A stretch of 64,000 nucleotides of DNA from Kofleriaceae bacterium (lineage in GTDB: Bacteria; Myxococcota_A; Polyangia; Haliangiales; Haliangiaceae). The stretch spans positions 64,001-128,000 of the forward strand of contig CBDCCZ010000038.1 of assembly GCA_965215005.1 (NCBI GenBank), given 5' to 3'. A program made the position numbers and the translations under genes. Below are positions 44,352 through 58,468 of the stretch, one piece after another. How positions within the stretch are numbered: position 1 is the stretch's first letter; every line of letters begins with the position of its first letter. Below the pieces are notes generated by a model. It did not search any database. It worked only from the letters and a program-made list of their open reading frames with translations, and had not been told where the DNA came from.

Positions 44352-45980
44352 ATGCAGCAGCACGCAGCTCGCTGGCGAGCCGCGCTCGTCGTCATGCTCC
44401 TCTTCTCAGGGGGGGTGGCGCGGGCGCAGGAGAGCGCGCCCGGCGAAGAGCCCGTTCCCGCACCGTCCACCGATCCGGCGCAAATTCCCGCGCCGCCCAC
44501 GGCACCAACGCCACCAACAGCGCCCACGCCGCCCACGGAATCCACGGCTGAGCCGAGAGAGGACGAGGCGCAGGTCGATCCGCTCGACACCGGTTTCGAG
44601 TCACCCGATGATCCTGGCGGCGACGACAGCTTTGGTCCCGGCCCCGGCCCCGATCCGGTCACTCATGCCGATGTCCGGCTAGCGCCGCTTCCTGAGCACG
44701 CCAGCGGCGTTGTCGTAGCTCCGCGGCGTGAGGAGTCGGCGGCCGTGTGGATTCCTCGCGTGCTCCTGTTCGTGCCCAAGTGGACGATTTGGACCGTGGC
44801 GCAGCCGATTCGCGGGGTCGCCTGGCTCTATGACCGCTACGCGCTGAAGCAACGCTTCACCCAGCTCTTCTTCAACGAAGAGGAAACCATTGGCGTCTAT
44901 CCGATTGCGTCGTTCGAGACTGGCTTCGGGCTCAGTCTTGGCGCCCGCTTCGTGCATCGCGATCTGTTTGGCGGTGGCGAGGGGCTCAGCCTGCGCGCCA
45001 GCTACGGCGGTCGCTTCCAGCAGATCTATTCATTTGAGTTCGAGAGTGAAGGGCGCGTCGAGTTTGGTCTCGAGGGCAGCTACGAAGTTCGGCCCAGGGA
45101 GCAGTTCTTCGGCTTTGGCAACTCCGATGAGGTTGCCTACGGCGAGCTCGACATGCTGCCCATCGATCCGGCGGGCGATACCGCGGTGCAGTCGCGATTT
45201 CGTCAGGAGCTGGCGCGGCTCATCACCAGCGCCGACGCGCGGCTGGTTTCTCAGCTCTACTTCAAGCCCAGCGCTGGCATCTATCGGCGCGAGTTTGCGT
45301 CACCTGATGATGCTTCCGTAGCGCCCATAGCGGATGTGTTCGAGACCGCGCAGGTGCCATTCTTCGGCAGCGGAGTCACCAGCGCGTACGGTGAGCTCGA
45401 GCTGCGGTGGGACTCTCGCCACAATCCCAATCGCTATCAAAGCCCCGCCGTACCCACCGCAGGCCAGCTCATCGAAGGCTTTGTGGGGTACGGGCGAGGC
45501 CTCGGCGATGATGACTTCGACTACGTCCGCTATGGATTGGATCTGCAGGCGTACTTCAACCTCTACAAGGATCGCCGGGCACTGGCGCTCCGCGTCTATG
45601 TCGAAGGAGTGACCCCCGAGCGGGATGAGCTGCCATTCGTCGAGCTACCGCGTCTCGGCGGCGACTTACTGCTGCGCGGGTACAACCAGGATCGCTTCCG
45701 TGATCGCGCGCTCACGGTAGCTTCCGCGGAGTATATGTGGGACCTCAGCAGCCGCAACTTCGCAGGGGTCTTGTTCGTCGATACCGGCCGGGTGTGGGAC
45801 AGCCTCGAGGATGTGGCTATCAAAGACTTCCGCACTGGGTTCGGCGTCGGCCTGCAACTTCAAACCGATGAAACCTTTCTTGCGCGCGTACAGGTGGCGT
45901 CGTCGCTTGACGGCGGTGTGTTCGTGCGGGTGGTCTTCGATCCGGCTTTTGACGTGAGAGACCGAATTGAACGGAAGTGA
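44352..45980 (+). CDS. Omp85 (BamA/TamA-type) outer-membrane beta-barrel protein without obvious POTRA domains
   Basis: Signal peptide, Pro-rich linker, LGG..LLRGY..DRFRD lid motif, FVDTGRVW, GFGVGLQ. Confidence 0.88.
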   Translation: MQQHAARWRAALVVMLLFSGGVARAQESAPGEEPVPAPSTDPAQIPAPPTAPTPPTAPTPPTESTAEPREDEAQVDPLDTGFESPDDPGGDDSFGPGPGPDPVTHADVRLAPLPEHASGVVVAPRREESAAVWIPRVLLFVPKWTIWTVAQPIRGVAWLYDRYALKQRFTQLFFNEEETIGVYPIASFETGFGLSLGARFVHRDLFGGGEGLSLRASYGGRFQQIYSFEFESEGRVEFGLEGSYEVRPREQFFGFGNSDEVAYGELDMLPIDPAGDTAVQSRFRQELARLITSADARLVSQLYFKPSAGIYRREFASPDDASVAPIADVFETAQVPFFGSGVTSAYGELELRWDSRHNPNRYQSPAVPTAGQLIEGFVGYGRGLGDDDFDYVRYGLDLQAYFNLYKDRRALALRVYVEGVTPERDELPFVELPRLGGDLLLRGYNQDRFRDRALTVASAEYMWDLSSRNFAGVLFVDTGRVWDSLEDVAIKDFRTGFGVGLQLQTDETFLARVQVASSLDGGVFVRVVFDPAFDVRDRIERK

Positions 45981-45987
45981 GTTGCGC

Positions 45988-47691
45988 ATGATGGTCTGCA
46001 AGCGTTTGGTCCTGCTGCTATGGCTCACTGCTGGCATGGCAGTCGTGGCATGCGGCTCTTCCTCCGACTCGGTCGTCGGCACGATTCGCTACGCTAATCA
46101 GCCGCCGATCTGGCAGGTCAACGACCGTAAGGACATCCCGAAACCCGCAGAGCGCACCTTCGCCAAAACGCTCTATCACTTCGATGGATTCTTCCTCAAA
46201 GCGGTCACTCGCACGCTCTCGTTTCACGACGCGGGGCGCGCAGCCAACATCAACGCGATGGGCGAGGTACCAGACTCCACTTGGTTCACCAATCGCATCG
46301 GCGTGCGGGACCTTTCTGTAGAGGAGGTTCGTCGCGGCCCCAATATCATCGAGAGCCCCGAGCAGCACAAGCCTTGGAAGATCACTGGCACCAAGGTTGG
46401 CGGGGTGTCGGTTGGCTTCATCATGGAAGATGCGCGCGGCGAGAAGTTCCTGCTCAAGTTCGACACCAAGGGAGCTCCCGAGCTTCAAACCGGAACCGAT
46501 ATCATCGTTCAGCGCATCTTGCATTCTGCTGGCTACAACGTCCCGCAGGATTTCATCGTTTACTTCGAGCGCGACGACGTGAAGCTCGCGGAGGACGCCA
46601 CGGTTGCTGACTTCTTCGGCAACGAGCGGCCGATGAAGGTCGCTGATCTAGACGACAATCTCGCCAAGGTAAACATCGGCAAAGACGGCAGGATTCGCGC
46701 CATCGCCAGCAAGTTTCTCCCAGGGGAGCCGGTGGGTGGGTATCCGCGCGCGGGCCGGCGCGTCGATGATCCCAACGATCCATTTCCGGTCGAGAAGCGA
46801 CGTGAGGTCCGCGGACAGGTGCCGTTCTTCGCGTGGCTACTGCATACCGATGTGAAGGAAGACAACACGCTGGATATGTGGCAAGAGGATCCCGAGGATC
46901 CCAACGTGCACTATCTAGTGCACTATCTAGTCGATTTCGATAAAGCGCTCGGCGCGCTTGGGTACTTAGATCTGCTTCAGCAAGAAGGCTACGCTCACAT
47001 CGTTGACTTCGAATATCTGAGCAAGTCGTTCTTCTCGTTCGGACTCTGGAAGCGGCCATGGGAGGATATTCGGCGGCCGGAGCTTCGAGGAGTGGGGCTC
47101 ATCGAGTCGCAGGAATATCAACCCGGCCTGTACAAGACGCACTCCCCGTACTTCGCGCTAAAGGAAGCCGATCGCTTTGATGGCTTTTGGGCGAGCAAGA
47201 TCCTCATGCGGTTTACGCCGCAGCAGCTTCGCGCCGCGGTCGAGGAAGCTCGATTCAGCGATCCGCGCGCCACCGACTACCTCACGCGCGTGCTCATCGA
47301 GCGCCAGCGCAAGACTGCCGACCACTGGTTCGAGCTGGTCAATCCTCTCGATGCATTCGAGCTCGAGGCCGAAGGCGATAGCTATCGGCTGTGCTTCGAA
47401 GACTTGCTGTTGAAATACGATCTCGACGCAGGTGCCTACGACACCACCTACCGCGCCGCCGCGTATGATTGGACCGGTCGCGCCACCGGCTGGCGCGGAG
47501 CTGCGGAGCCGGGGGCGCACCATCCCCGCACCTGCCTCGGCGGCATCGAGCCGGGGCCCCAGGCCGATGGCTACGTCATCATCGACCTCACCACCCATCG
47601 CGCCGACACCACGTTGCCCCCCACGCAAGTGCATCTGGCTCTCGACCCAGCGACGCGGGCGCTGCGAGTCGTCGGCATCCGTCGGCGCTGA
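45988..47691 (+). CDS. Lipoprotein with atypical kinase-like motifs
   Basis: Lipobox VVAC. K.GG.S.GF, FLLKFD...PE, HTDVKEDN and YLVDF occur in kinase-like order. Confidence 0.7.
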   Translation: MMVCKRLVLLLWLTAGMAVVACGSSSDSVVGTIRYANQPPIWQVNDRKDIPKPAERTFAKTLYHFDGFFLKAVTRTLSFHDAGRAANINAMGEVPDSTWFTNRIGVRDLSVEEVRRGPNIIESPEQHKPWKITGTKVGGVSVGFIMEDARGEKFLLKFDTKGAPELQTGTDIIVQRILHSAGYNVPQDFIVYFERDDVKLAEDATVADFFGNERPMKVADLDDNLAKVNIGKDGRIRAIASKFLPGEPVGGYPRAGRRVDDPNDPFPVEKRREVRGQVPFFAWLLHTDVKEDNTLDMWQEDPEDPNVHYLVHYLVDFDKALGALGYLDLLQQEGYAHIVDFEYLSKSFFSFGLWKRPWEDIRRPELRGVGLIESQEYQPGLYKTHSPYFALKEADRFDGFWASKILMRFTPQQLRAAVEEARFSDPRATDYLTRVLIERQRKTADHWFELVNPLDAFELEAEGDSYRLCFEDLLLKYDLDAGAYDTTYRAAAYDWTGRATGWRGAAEPGAHHPRTCLGGIEPGPQADGYVIIDLTTHRADTTLPPTQVHLALDPATRALRVVGIRRR

Positions 47692-47802
47692 TGATCACAG
47701 CGCCTCCTGCCTTGCCCTCCGCTTCGACTCCTCTATCGGCGCACCGCTCGTCACTGCGTTGCGACGGCGCCGCGCGTGTAGCGCGACGCCGCCCACGTCG
47801 CG

Positions 47803-48612
47803 TTAGCTATTCTTGTCTTCTTTGGGCTCGACGGTGAGGTTGGGCAGCTCACTGAGGTCGGGCACCAGGATGATTTCGATGCGCCGGTTGCGCTGCTTGT
47901 TGGCAGCGGTGTCGTTGGGGGCGATGGGGTCGAACTCGCCATAGCCGGCGGCTGCAAGGTTGTTCGGGTCCCAACCAGCCTGGATCATGAACTCCACCAC
48001 GTTGACCGCCCGTGCCGATGACAAGTACCAGTTGTTCTTATAGCGGCGACTGCGCAGCGGCACGTTGTCGGTGTGGCCCGCCACCAAGAAGTGGCGGTCT
48101 TTGAACTCCTTGAGCACGTCGAGCACCTCGGCGAGCGCGGTCTTGCCGTCGCCGGACAAATCCGCTTCGCCACTGCCAAAGAGCACCTCGCTCGGCAGCT
48201 CGAGCACCATCTGGCCGTTGCGAAACGAGACCTTGAGCTTGCCGGTATCGACCAGCGCGCGCAGGCGGTCGTTGAGCTTGCGGTAGGACGCCAGCCGCGC
48301 CTCCGCCTTGTCCCGCTGCGCGCGCAGCTCGAGCAGCTCGTCTTCGCCGGCCTGCATCTCGCTCATGAGCGCCAGGATTCGCTGCTCCTTCTCGCGCTCG
48401 GTCTGGGTTTTGGCCCGCTGGGTCGACGACAAACTCTGCTCCAGCTGCGCGATTTGCGCCGCCTTTTGCTCGCGGTCGGCCTGGGTGGAATTCAGCTCAC
48501 CCTGGAGCTGCGCAACCTGATCGAGACATCGCTGATGGGTCTCTTTCTTTACTCCGCAGCCGGCTCCGGCCATGGCGAAGGTCAGAAAGAGGACACCGAG
48601 TGGTTTCTGCAT
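47803..48612 (-). CDS. OmpA/MotB-domain lipoprotein with coiled coil
   Basis: Lipobox GAGC, LFGSG.A.L, GHTDN, NW.LS.ARA, NRRIEI. GGAGG RBS. Confidence 0.92.
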   Translation of the reverse strand: MQKPLGVLFLTFAMAGAGCGVKKETHQRCLDQVAQLQGELNSTQADREQKAAQIAQLEQSLSSTQRAKTQTEREKEQRILALMSEMQAGEDELLELRAQRDKAEARLASYRKLNDRLRALVDTGKLKVSFRNGQMVLELPSEVLFGSGEADLSGDGKTALAEVLDVLKEFKDRHFLVAGHTDNVPLRSRRYKNNWYLSSARAVNVVEFMIQAGWDPNNLAAAGYGEFDPIAPNDTAANKQRNRRIEIILVPDLSELPNLTVEPKEDKNS

Positions 48613-48761
48613 ATCCTAGTTCCTCCAAACGAACGAGTGATGTGTGGGCGACGGTATCGGAAAGGGCGGCGCGGGGAAACGCGGCGCCGTCATCAACACA
48701 AACTTGGTGGCCGATGTAGGATGCCGTAGGATGATGTAAGGTAGTGGCCCAGCCAAAAGTT

Positions 48762-51377
<2,616 letters not shown>

Positions 51378-51522
51378 GCACGCGTGGTTGGCGGTATCTG
51401 CGCACGGCGGCTGGCGAAAAGGCGATTGGCCGCGCGGGAGCAATGGCGTCTTTGCGCGGGACGCGCGGGATCCCGGGCTCCTGCCTTTGACATCGGCGCG
51501 CCAGGGCGCGAAACATCGGGGC

Positions 51523-52454
51523 GTGACCCACATTTCATCCCCCGCGAAGGCATCGACCATGCCGTCTTCGCCGACGTTGCGCCGGGCGATGCGACCGAGC
51601 TGATGCTCACGTTCGCGGCGCCGCTCGAGGACGCGGCACTGGCATCGCTTCAGGGCCTGGTCAATGAGTGGGTCGAGACCTTCGACTGGACCGCGGTTGC
51701 GGGGGGGCGGCCGAGCTTTGCGGTTGATAGCGACGGCCAGTCGCTGCGGCTCGGCTTCATCGGCGTTAGGCATCCGCAGCCGCCAGTGCGCGCGCTGCTC
51801 GAGCGTCTCGCGGCGACCGAGCTCGGGCTTCGCGAGGTGTTCTTTTGCCGGCGAACCGTCGATGACGAAGGCGTGCCGGGCGTCGCGGTTGCCGATCCCT
51901 TGGCTCCTGATGCGTTCGACTACGAGGACAGCGAGCGCTGGTGGGATGCATGCTTCAATCCGACCGTAGCACCGCCGCTGCGCGAAGATGTCGCTGGCAC
52001 CTATGCCGTGCTCGAGGCCAAGGATGGCAGCGTATTGGTCGAACGTCGCGGCATGCCACTGTACTTTCCCGAGGCTCGACTCGCTTACGGCTTGGCCGAC
52101 GCAGCTGACGCCGACGACGTCGATGATAGCGACCGGGCGCGTCGTTCCATCCATGTGCGCGACGCCCTGGTGCGCGGGCTCGAAACCAGCTTTGCCAACC
52201 AGCGACCCACGCTGTTCAATCGCGAAGGCGAGGCCGATGGCGCCATCGACTGCATTGCCCGCGGCGGCCGTCGCGGCTATGCCTTCGCGGTGCTCCGCGA
52301 CGAGATGATGGCGCTCTATCCAAGCACCTTTCGCTATCGCGAATATGAGCTCTTGCACGGCGTGTGTCGCGCCGTCGCTGAGCTCGAGCTCGCCCCGGTC
52401 GTTCACTGGGACCGAGATCGGGTCTATGTCGTGAATATCTGGGAGCCTTCGTGA
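51523..52454 (+). CDS. Hypothetical protein between ftsK and lolA; 5' end probably affected by indels
   Basis: Protein-like from about 51545 in the frame of ORF 51384-52454. TTGACA-N18-AAACAT-N6-GTG points to a start at 51523, which is out of frame by two extra bases. Confidence 0.7.
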
Positions 52455-52607
52455 CCGCTCGTTCACACCGGCAGGCGCCCGTCATGTCCGCCGCTAGCTG
52501 CGTAAGCTGCTGTTTTTGAACCTGTATTTATCCTGAATCGATAGAGCTGGTGCGGCGTCAGTATCCGCATACGCTGCGGGCCTCGACCCGCCCCAAGGAG
52601 CGCTTCT

Positions 52608-53474
<867 letters not shown>

Positions 53475-53498
53475 TCCTTAGGCCCGCTGGAGAAGAAA

Positions 53499-53530
53499 CG
53501 CCGGCCCGCGATTTTGCAGGCCGGCGCTTT
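53499..53530 (+). terminator. Possible intrinsic terminator after lolA
   Basis: CGCCGGCC...GGCCGGCG stem followed by CTTT. Confidence 0.4.
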
Positions 53531-53561
53531 GCGTTCGAGGCTGCTCTGATAGGCTCAGCGC

Positions 53562-55227
53562 ATGGATTGGTCTCTCGCTCGTCTCGAAGGCTTCTTGGGC
53601 GCTGCGGGGCCGGTGGTCATCGTCGTGCTCGATGGCGTTGGCATCGGCGCCGGCGATGAAGCCGATGCGGTCAAGCTGGCGCGCACTCCCACGCTCGATC
53701 GCCTATGGGTGCCCGGCGCCCGCGCCGCCATCGCCGCGCATGGCACCGCGGTGGGCTTGCCGACCGATGACGACATGGGCAACAGCGAGGTCGGCCACAA
53801 CGCGATAGGAGCCGGCCGGGTCTATGACCAGGGCGCCAAACTGGTCAACGGCGCCATCGCGAGCGGCAAGCTGTTTGACGGCGAAGCGTGGACGCAAATC
53901 GTCGAGCGCTGCGTCAACGCCGGGTCGGCGCTGCACTTCATCGGCTTGCACTCCGATGGCAACGTGCATTCGCACACCGACCAGCTGTATTCGATGTTGC
54001 GAAAGGCGGCGGAGCAGGGCGTGAAGAAGCTCTTCGTCCATGTGCTGACCGATGGTCGCGACGTGCATGAAGGCAGCGCGGTTGCAGTACATCGATGCCA
54101 CCGAGAAGGTGCTCGGCGAGCTCGCCAACGGCGGCGTGACCGCGGCCATTGCATCGGGTGGTGGGCCGGATGTTGGTGACGATGGATCGCTACGGCGCCG
54201 ACTGGGAAATCGTCGAGCGCGGCTGGAAGGCGCACGTGCACGGAGAAGGGCGTGGATTTGCCTCAGCGACCGAGGGCGATCGAGACCTTCCGCGACGAAG
54301 ACGAAGGCATCAGCGATCAATTCCTGCCGCCGTTCGTGGTGGTGCGCGATGGCGAGCCCATCGGCGCGATCAAAGACGGCGACGCGGTCATCAACTTCAA
54401 CTTTCGCGGCGACCGCGCCATCGAAATCAGTCAAGCGTTCGACCTCGATGAGTTTCCGCACTTCGAGCGTGGCCGCCGGCCAAAGGTGCTCTACGCCGGC
54501 ATGATGGAATACGACGGCGATACCCACACGCCGCGGCATTACTTGGTGTCGCCGCCGAACATCGAACGAACCATGGGCGAGTACCTGGCGAGAAACGGCG
54601 TGCCGCAGCTCGCCATCAGCGAGACGCAGAAGTTTGGGCACGTCACCTATTTTTGGAACGGCAATAACAGCGGCAAGTTCGATGACGCTCTCGAGACGTA
54701 CATCGAGATCCCTTCCGACAAGGTGCCGTTCGAGCAGCGGCCGTGGATGAAGGCCGCGGAGATCACCGATCGCTTGATTGCCGAGCTGCAGAGCGGCAAA
54801 TTCCGGCTGGCGCGCGTCAACTACGCCAATGGAGATATGGTCGGCCACAGCGGCCAGCTCGATGCCACCATCGTTGCGCTGGAGGCTATCGATCTACAGC
54901 TGGCGCGGCTGTGTAAGGCGGTGGGCAAGCTCAATGGCGTGGTGCTCATCACGGCAGATCACGGCAACTGCGACGAGATGTTCCAGCGCGGCAAAGGACG
55001 GCCGTGTGCTACGCGACAAAGTCTCGGGTGCGCCTGTGGTAAAGACGAGTCATACCTTGAACCCGGTGCCCCTGATGCTATTTGATCCCAATCGCGGCGA
55101 CCGCTACGTCATCGACGCCGAAGCCGTCGATGCGCCCGGTATCGTCAATGTCGCGGCCACGGCGCTCAACCTGCTCGGGTTCGCTGCTCCGCATGATTTC
55201 TGCCCGTCGCTTCTGAGGTTCTCGTGA
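53562..55227 (+). CDS. gpmI: 2,3-bisphosphoglycerate-independent phosphoglycerate mutase, split by four +1 frameshifts (probably sequencing errors)
   Basis: [48 protein letters not shown] and TSHT occur across successive frames. Removing one base at about 54080, 54164, 54275 and 54994 gives 554 codons. Confidence 0.92.
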
Positions 55228-55791
55228 ACAAAAGCGCCTTGGTTGGAGGCACCGCGGTCACCGTTGCCCGCCGTCGCCGCTTTCATCCTCATGCAGATGT
55301 ATTCGGTCGATCATCGCGGGGTGCAAAAGGGCATTCCGGCGGCCCGAGCCTGCGACAAGGCCGACGCCGAGTGCCTTCCCAAGCTCACGTTCATGGACGT
55401 GACCGGCGAGGCTTACACTCCCGAGAGTCTTGCCGGCAAAGTGGTCGTGGTGAACTTCTGGGCCACCTGGTGCGGCCCGTGTCGCAGCGAAATTCCCGAC
55501 CTCACCCGCGTCTCGCACGCCCACACCACCGACCTCGTGCTGCTAGGCATTCAAACCGACTGGGCCGGCAAGCCGCACCTCGATGCCTTTGCCGCCGATT
55601 CGGGCCTGGACTACCCGGTGGTGCCCGCCGATCAAGAGATTCTCTCGGCCTTCGGCTATCCGAATGCGCTGCCGACCACCTTCATCTATGACCGCGCCGG
55701 CAACCTGCGCTTCAGCCATCGAGGCCCGCTCAGCAGCGCGGCCTTGGAAGACGCGCTTGCGCCGCTTTTGGCCGAAGTCACTCCGCAGTAG
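55224..55791 (+). CDS. TlpA/ResA family thiol-disulfide oxidoreductase (one +1 frameshift near 55268)
   Basis: VVNFWATWCGPC..EIP, LPTTF. The N-terminal TM anchor is restored by removing one C. GTGA overlap with gpmI. Confidence 0.9.
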
Positions 55792-56120
55792 GGGCCGACG
55801 CTGCGGCTTAGCAGCCCCGCCGCCTTGGGCGACGCAGGTTTGCCGGGTCTTGCCGCACTTTAGCGTGCCCGTCGGCAAACGATTCGGGCAGGATAGGCTC
55901 CTCGAGCGACTCGTGGCGATGGGGCTATCTTCGAACCTTCTGTTGTCGACCCGGCGTGGACAAGCGCCCTCGTGCGTTTTCTCACGGCTCCGGAGTGGGA
56001 CTTCATGTAAGGAAGTAGCCGCTTCGTCCGCCTCCGGCACGAGCTGCGCTTGCCAGCGATGCGACGAGAAGATGTTTGCCACGGGGCGCCACACGCGATG
56101 AACGAGCAAAAGGAACGCTG

Positions 56121-57042
56121 ATGAACGACATGGTTTCGTGTCCTGCTTGCGGCAGTGAGAACCTGCCTTCTTCGATGGGATGCGTCCGTTGCGGCGCGCA
56201 CCTGCACACCCCTGAGGAACCGGTAAATAAGGTCCTGCTCGCGCAGCCGTTTACCGCCGCCGGCGCGGTTGGCTCGGCCGTGCGAGTCACCATGCGAAAC
56301 CTGTGGCGCTTCGTCGGCCTGTTTCTACTGTGTGGCGCGCCGTCGCTCGTACTATTGTTTGCGTTCGGCAGGGGCGATCTTGCTGCTGGGCCTATCGCTA
56401 GTTTCGAGGCGGAAGACCCACTGAGCGGCGGCCCAATGCTTCTGCTCTGCGTGCTCGGAGGCACTTTCACGCTAATTGCCTACGGCGCCATCTTTCACGC
56501 CACGGTGAGAAGTCTTGCGCCACCACTCTGTGCCGATGATGACCAGCGTCCGGGTGGCGTTTCGTCGACTCTTTCCGGTCGTAGGGGTGTGCATTCTGAG
56601 CTACGTGGCGGTCGTGGTCGGCTTCCTCCTGCTGATCATTCCCGGCATTCTGTTGCTGCTGATGCTCTACCCTGTGCTCCCGGTGACGATCTACGAACGT
56701 GGCGGCGTCGCTGCACTACGGAGAAGTGCCCAGCTCACGAAAGGTCACCGCGCGACCATCTTTCTGTTGCTGCTCCTCGCGTTTGCCGCGTCGATCGGAT
56801 TCTCGTTTGCGGCGGGCTTCGTCGCGTATCTAGTATTGTCTGTCGCTGGTGACGTTGCGGGTGTCCTTGCCTATTACGCGTTGGCGCTGATCCCTGGCAT
56901 CGCCTTTTCAATCCTGCCGGCGGTCGTGTATCACCAGCTCACCGCGCTCGAGGACCGACACGCCGCTGGGCCTGCCTCTGGACCCCGTTGCGAGAACCGT
57001 GGCGTAGCTCGATGGCCAACGGCTAACCCGCCGTCGGGTTAG
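56121..57042 (+). CDS. Membrane protein with N-terminal zinc ribbon (one +1 frameshift near 56510)
   Basis: CPACG.EN....CVRCG, then multi-TM with LLIIPGI and ALRRS..LTKG. The two ORFs join by removing one base. Confidence 0.8.
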
Positions 57043-57171
57043 CCATGTCGCGGTGTCGCCGCCTCGATGCGGAGGGATGGAAGCCGGCGCGGCGCTCAGT
57101 TCCCTGGCTTCCGCTGCTTAAGACCACGACGTTTAGTCGTAGCCAGCTGTCGCCGCGCTTCCCGCCCGTGC

Positions 57172-58176
57172 CTACAGGAGCGGAGCCAACTCGTCGGCGG
57201 CAGCGAACAGGCCGAAGATGCCGCCGGTGTGAACGAAGACGATGCGCTCTCCGAAGCGACCTCGGTTGCGCGCGAGCTCGCCGAGCATGCCGTGAAACGC
57301 CTTGCCGCTGTACACCGGGTCGAGTACCAGGCCCTCGCGGCGCGCCACGTCGCGCAGCGTCGCAAGCTCTTCGGGCCGCGATAGTGCGTAGCCGCGACCG
57401 ACGTAGCCGTCGATGATGTCCAAACTATTGACCTCCGCAGCAACGCCAAATTGCGCCGCGAAGTCGGCGCAGATGGCGCCAATCACGCGCTGGAAGTAGT
57501 CGCGGTCGTCGCACACGTTGACGCACGCTATGCCGAGCCCGCGGCCGGCGAAATCGAGCATCTGGGCGCCAAGAAGTAGCCCTGCTGCGGTGCCGCCTGA
57601 GCCACAGGCATGCACGATGGTGGTCGGTTTGATCGGTAGCTCCGCAAGCTGTTGCGATAGCTCCTCGGCGCAGCGAACGTAGCCCCAGGAGCCCATCGCG
57701 TTCGACCCGCCCTCGGGAATCACGTACGGCACCTGGCCTCGCTCGCGCATTGCGTGGGCTTCGCTGGCCATGAGCGCATTGCGCTCCGCCCAGTCGGCGC
57801 GCGAAATCCAGCGAATCTCGGCGCCGGCGAGGCGGTCGAGCAGGATATTGGCTCGCGTCGGCGGTGGCTCACTCGGCTCATCTGTGCGCAACAGTAGCCG
57901 CGCCGCGAGCCCCACCCGCGCCGCCGCCAGCGCCGCGGCGCGGCAGTGATTGCTCTGCTCTCCGCCACACGTAATCACCGCCGTCGCCCCTTGGCTGCGC
58001 GCCTCCGCGAGCAGGAACTCGAGCTTGCGCACCTTGTTCCCGGACAGCTCCGCTCCGGTCAAGTCGTCGCGCTTGACGTAGAGCTCCACACCTAGCTCTG
58101 CGCCGGTGCGCTCGAGGCGCTCGAGCGGGGTCGGCACGTTTGCAAGGCATAGGCGATCGGGATAGCGCAGCTCCAC
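57172..58176 (-). CDS. D-cysteine desulfhydrase/ACC deaminase family PLP enzyme
   Basis: [42 protein letters not shown]. Confidence 0.93.
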   Translation of the reverse strand: MELRYPDRLCLANVPTPLERLERTGAELGVELYVKRDDLTGAELSGNKVRKLEFLLAEARSQGATAVITCGGEQSNHCRAAALAAARVGLAARLLLRTDEPSEPPPTRANILLDRLAGAEIRWISRADWAERNALMASEAHAMRERGQVPYVIPEGGSNAMGSWGYVRCAEELSQQLAELPIKPTTIVHACGSGGTAAGLLLGAQMLDFAGRGLGIACVNVCDDRDYFQRVIGAICADFAAQFGVAAEVNSLDIIDGYVGRGYALSRPEELATLRDVARREGLVLDPVYSGKAFHGMLGELARNRGRFGERIVFVHTGGIFGLFAAADELAPLL

Positions 58177-58221
58177 GCCCCGACGGTAGCCCCGCTTCAT
58201 CGATAGAGGCAACCGCGCCGT

Positions 58222-58407
58222 TCAAGCCGTGACGAAGGGATCGCGCGCTGCTTCTTCTTCGATGGTCGTGGTGGGACCGTGCCCCGGGCTGACCGAGGCG
58301 TCGGGGGCGCGGCGGTAGAGGCGCTCACGGCTCGATCGTCGCAGCTCGTGAGCGTCGCCGCCGGGAAGGTCGGTGCGCGACCACTCCTGGATACTTCGCC
58401 GCTTCAC
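58222..58407 (-). pseudogene. Remnant of the 3' end of a glyoxalase-II-like MBL-fold hydrolase
   Basis: RTDLPGGD..EL..S....L......V.PGHGP.TTI..E...DPF matches the C-terminus of that family. The N-terminal HxHxDH part is absent. Confidence 0.7.
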
Positions 58408-58468
58408 CCGTGCTCGATGATTATTTTTGATATCAAGTACGTGCTCTGCCTAACCGAATCAACTCTCG

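Noticed and set aside
46906..46931. 12-bp tandem duplication (VHYL twice) as an assembly artefact
   Set aside because: It is in frame and fits a beta-strand leading to the DF motif. There is no evidence of disruption.
53562..55227. Programmed frameshifting or a true gpmI pseudogene
   Set aside because: Four same-sign single-base insertions without slippery heptamers, intact catalytic motifs and similar indels in neighbouring genes favour sequencing error.
55792..56120. CDS or ncRNA in the gap after the TlpA gene
   Set aside because: The ORFs here lack protein-like composition and I recognised no structured RNA.
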